DNA of 63,104 bases, the filler included, from Choristocarpus tenellus KU-1152 (lineage: Eukaryota; Protista; Phaeophyceae), in assembly GCA_964200185.2 (NCBI GenBank). It is 11 parts of 11 records of this genome, joined end to end, with 100 filler letters (N's around TTAATTAATTAA, not from the genome) between each part and the next. Parts side by side here need not be neighbours in the genome. Positions count along the whole stretch, not along the records: positions 58,114 to 63,104 come from CAXNAD020012256.1; 10 more parts are not named here. One strand, written 5' to 3'. This document shows positions 60,611 through 63,104 of the stretch, piece by piece. A model generated the notes under the pieces. It was given only the letters and a program-made list of their open reading frames with translations, made no database searches and had not been told where the DNA came from. The translations under genes were made by a program, and so were the position numbers. How positions within the stretch are numbered: position 1 is the first letter of the stretch; the number at the start of each line of letters is the position of its first letter.

Positions 60611-63053
60611 GTCGACAACTGCATCTCAGAGAACAAGAACAATTTCTTTCTCAGATACGCGGGGCTGTTGGTTGCGGCGAGTGTCATTCGTGTTGTCGAG
60701 ATACATTTTATGATGGTGGGGCATACGAATATCAAAATCGATCAGATCTTCTCCAGGTAATTAGGCAAGATATATATGCAAGTTCGATAGTCACATAGTG
60801 TTCTTATATGGACAGATACAGCCTCGAGTCTTGCAGCCCACGCTTGATGCATTCCTGGAAGGTTTATGGTTGCACGCTGTAATTGATCGATTGGCTTTTG
60901 ATTTCCCCACAACAAAATTTACCTACTAGAGCAGCTGCCTAGACCGTTTCGTAACATACTCTCGAAACAAAACAATGAACAAAAAATGTACGCATCACGA
61001 AACTTTATATTGATTTTTCCATATACATGCATCAGAGCATGTGCCTGCATATATATCCTGCTTATCCACTTTGCTTCTTTCGCCCCCACCTCGAAATTAA
61101 CTTGCTTGCATTTCATCTTCAGGTTCTCACGTGGAATAAAAGGGAAAAACATATTCACCAGAACACAGCTGGGTGAAGAGCTGCAGGCCTCTTACACGGA
61201 GGTTCCTGTCTACTGCAAGACCCTAAGGAAACAGGGAAACTTCAAGGGACTCCTTGGCGGTCGCGTCAACCGTGTCCCCAACATCACGAGCTACAGGGCT
61301 TTCCGCGTTGAAAAAGGCGGTGATGGGTGGGTGAAGGTTAGCGTTAAGCGATACATGCACAACACAGAATGGAGTGGGATAGGCGTAGACCTTGCTATGG
61401 ACCCCAACGCCCCTCCACACGACCTCTTCATCGACCACCCGCCTCGTATCCAAGATGCACCACCCTACCAGCTCAAGAGCGTTCCCAAAGACGTCATCCT
61501 GAAGGTGGAGCAGCGGTACCAGGCGTCGCACGAGCGCCTCCCTGCTGCATACCCACTGGGTAAGTCGATTTTTTCGTGAGGGGAGTTGATAGCTAATTTT
61601 GGTATTCGGTGGCAGCCAAAAAAATCAGGTGCAACTTTTGTACGAGGCAGCATTTGCAGCCTTTAGAAAAAGAATCTTGAAAAATATTGCATTATCATGT
61701 GTAGTGATCGTCGCATGTTACAATAAAAATTACCATAGATTACTCCCCATAAATGTTTTGAGGGTACCGGTCTTGTACTCAACAGAGACGATTCCAACGA
61801 TATATACACCATCCCTCTCACCGCATGCTCCCCGAGCGCATTCGTGAAACCTCACGCCTGGTAACAAAGTAACATTCATACATCCATACCGTTCATGTCC
61901 TCGTGCTCATGTATTCCACCTTCGCAGATGATGAAGCTGTTCAGAGAGCGAAACACGAGCAAAGCGAGTCTGTGCGACATCTCCACTTGACAGGGGAACG
62001 AGATTTCGACCTTCCAGTCCATTGGCTTCCCACCGATGACGATGGCGCTGGAACTAGCACCAGCGACGTCGAAGACAAAGACCAGGGCGAACGTTCGGGT
62101 GGGGGGGATAATCTCGTTGATAGTGACAATCGTCTCGGCGGGCTCGAGGAAACACTTCCTCATCGGACAGTGACAAGGAAGAACCTGGCTCCCATCAACG
62201 GGGTTGGCTTCGTACTACGTTGACATCGGGGAACCATAGAAACCTAGTCTCAGTGCATGCAGGAAGGCAGGTTTGCCTTTTTTGTGGCAACGGAGGTGCC
62301 GCTCTTGGTCGACAAGATCCTAGCGGAGCACGTCGGCGAGGACGGGGAGCATGGGGTGGATATTCACCGGCTTCGGCCGACCAGTGATCACACACGTGAC
62401 AACGCCGCGACCCTAACCCTTGAGAAATATGGCAAAAGTAGTTTTGTAGCAGGCTGGGTGCACGCTGGTGATAGATCCGGGCGAGGTGGGAAACAGAAGC
62501 GAGTTAAAAACGTTAGCTGGGAACCCGTGGCGGGTATTGTTTGGACTTGTGATAAACTTGTTGGGAACGGCAAGAAGATTCCTACCAAAGTCTTAGCAGT
62601 TCTACGGTCTGCTATCGAGGCGAGGGAAAGGGGGGATTTTTTGAGAGAGGGACGGAACACTACATGAAGGGACGAGGAGAGGAGAGGGGGGGGGAGAATG
62701 GGGACGAAAGGGAAGACAACACCGGCGATGACAAGGAGGAGGACAAGGAGGAAGATGAAGAGGAGGAGGAGGACGAGGAGCAGCAGAAGGAAGACAAGGA
62801 CAACGAGGACAATTACGATAAGAAGAACATCAGTACGGGGCAGGGTAGAGGGGCCTCTGCCAGTGCAGGCGCATGTACTGGGGTGCCCTTGCATACGTCT
62901 GTCCAAGGACGTATCCTTCAAGCGTCTACAGGACGGAGCAGTACGGCAGCACGGAAGAGACCTTTGGTTCCTACGCAAACGCTGCAGGCAAACACGCGGG
63001 TTAGGTTTACCGCCAGTCACTTTCGGTCCAATTCTGGCGCCAGGGAAAAGTAG
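60611..63053 (+). pseudogene. Intron-containing Sola1-like (DUF7869-type) DDE transposase, 5'-truncated pseudogene; exons 60611-60756, 61123-61559, 61928-~63053
   Basis: VDNCISENKNNFFLRYAGLLVAASVIRVVEIHFMMVGHTNIKIDQIFS|RFSRGIKGKNIFTRTQL.. fits the DNCxxxNKN ... FxxxGHTxxxIDQxFS catalytic core. GT-AG introns 60757-61122 and 61560-61927 keep frame. There are two in-frame stops near 62221-62247 and a frameshift near 62665 before an acidic tail. Confidence 0.82.
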
Positions 63054-63104
63054 AGACGTCGGATTAGCAATCATGTGGCAGATGTTCGTATTAGTAAAGT
63101 ATAC

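Noticed and set aside
59920-60735. ORFs of 67-140 aa over the MITE cluster (also 13186, 25489, 57577)
   Set aside because: These are chance frames within non-coding MITE copies and are not conserved in length between copies.
62388-63074. 228-aa minus-strand ORF with an apparent transmembrane segment
   Set aside because: It is the antisense shadow of the GAG/GAC-rich acidic tail of the transposase pseudogene.

Overview
Eukaryotic, repeat-rich DNA, most likely from a brown alga or close stramenopile relative (inferred from Ectocarpus-style CRE and Ty3/Gypsy protein motifs and the intron style). The window is 11 contigs joined by ten identical 100-nt linkers (44 N + TTAATTAATTAA + 44 N), so adjacency across gaps is not evidence of linkage. 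Likely host genes are: (i) an intronless 415-aa orphan ORF (2648-3895, -); (ii) four phase-0 exons of a coiled-coil protein (27977-30949, -); (iii) a spliced low-complexity protein with an AAxEAY...DxEDLLDTL helical motif (43872-46814, +); and (iv) an 11-exon, >=509-aa Cys-rich repeat protein (49494-57222, -) with a GC-AG intron. Most other recognisable sequence is decayed transposons: three plant-type mariner relics, a CRE-clade LINE 3' end, Copia RT, two Gypsy relics, and possible CACTA and Harbinger traces. There is also a ~690-bp foldback element and a group of related MITEs (about 16 copies or ends) sharing an AAAGTATCT TIR core. The most unusual locus is the last contig. There, an intron-containing ParB/Srx-like pseudogene sits head-to-head with an intron-containing Sola1-like DDE transposase pseudogene, separated by a self-nested, tandemly duplicated MITE hairpin. 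This is a candidate undescribed two-gene DNA transposon. All calls come from manual motif reading; no database search was run.
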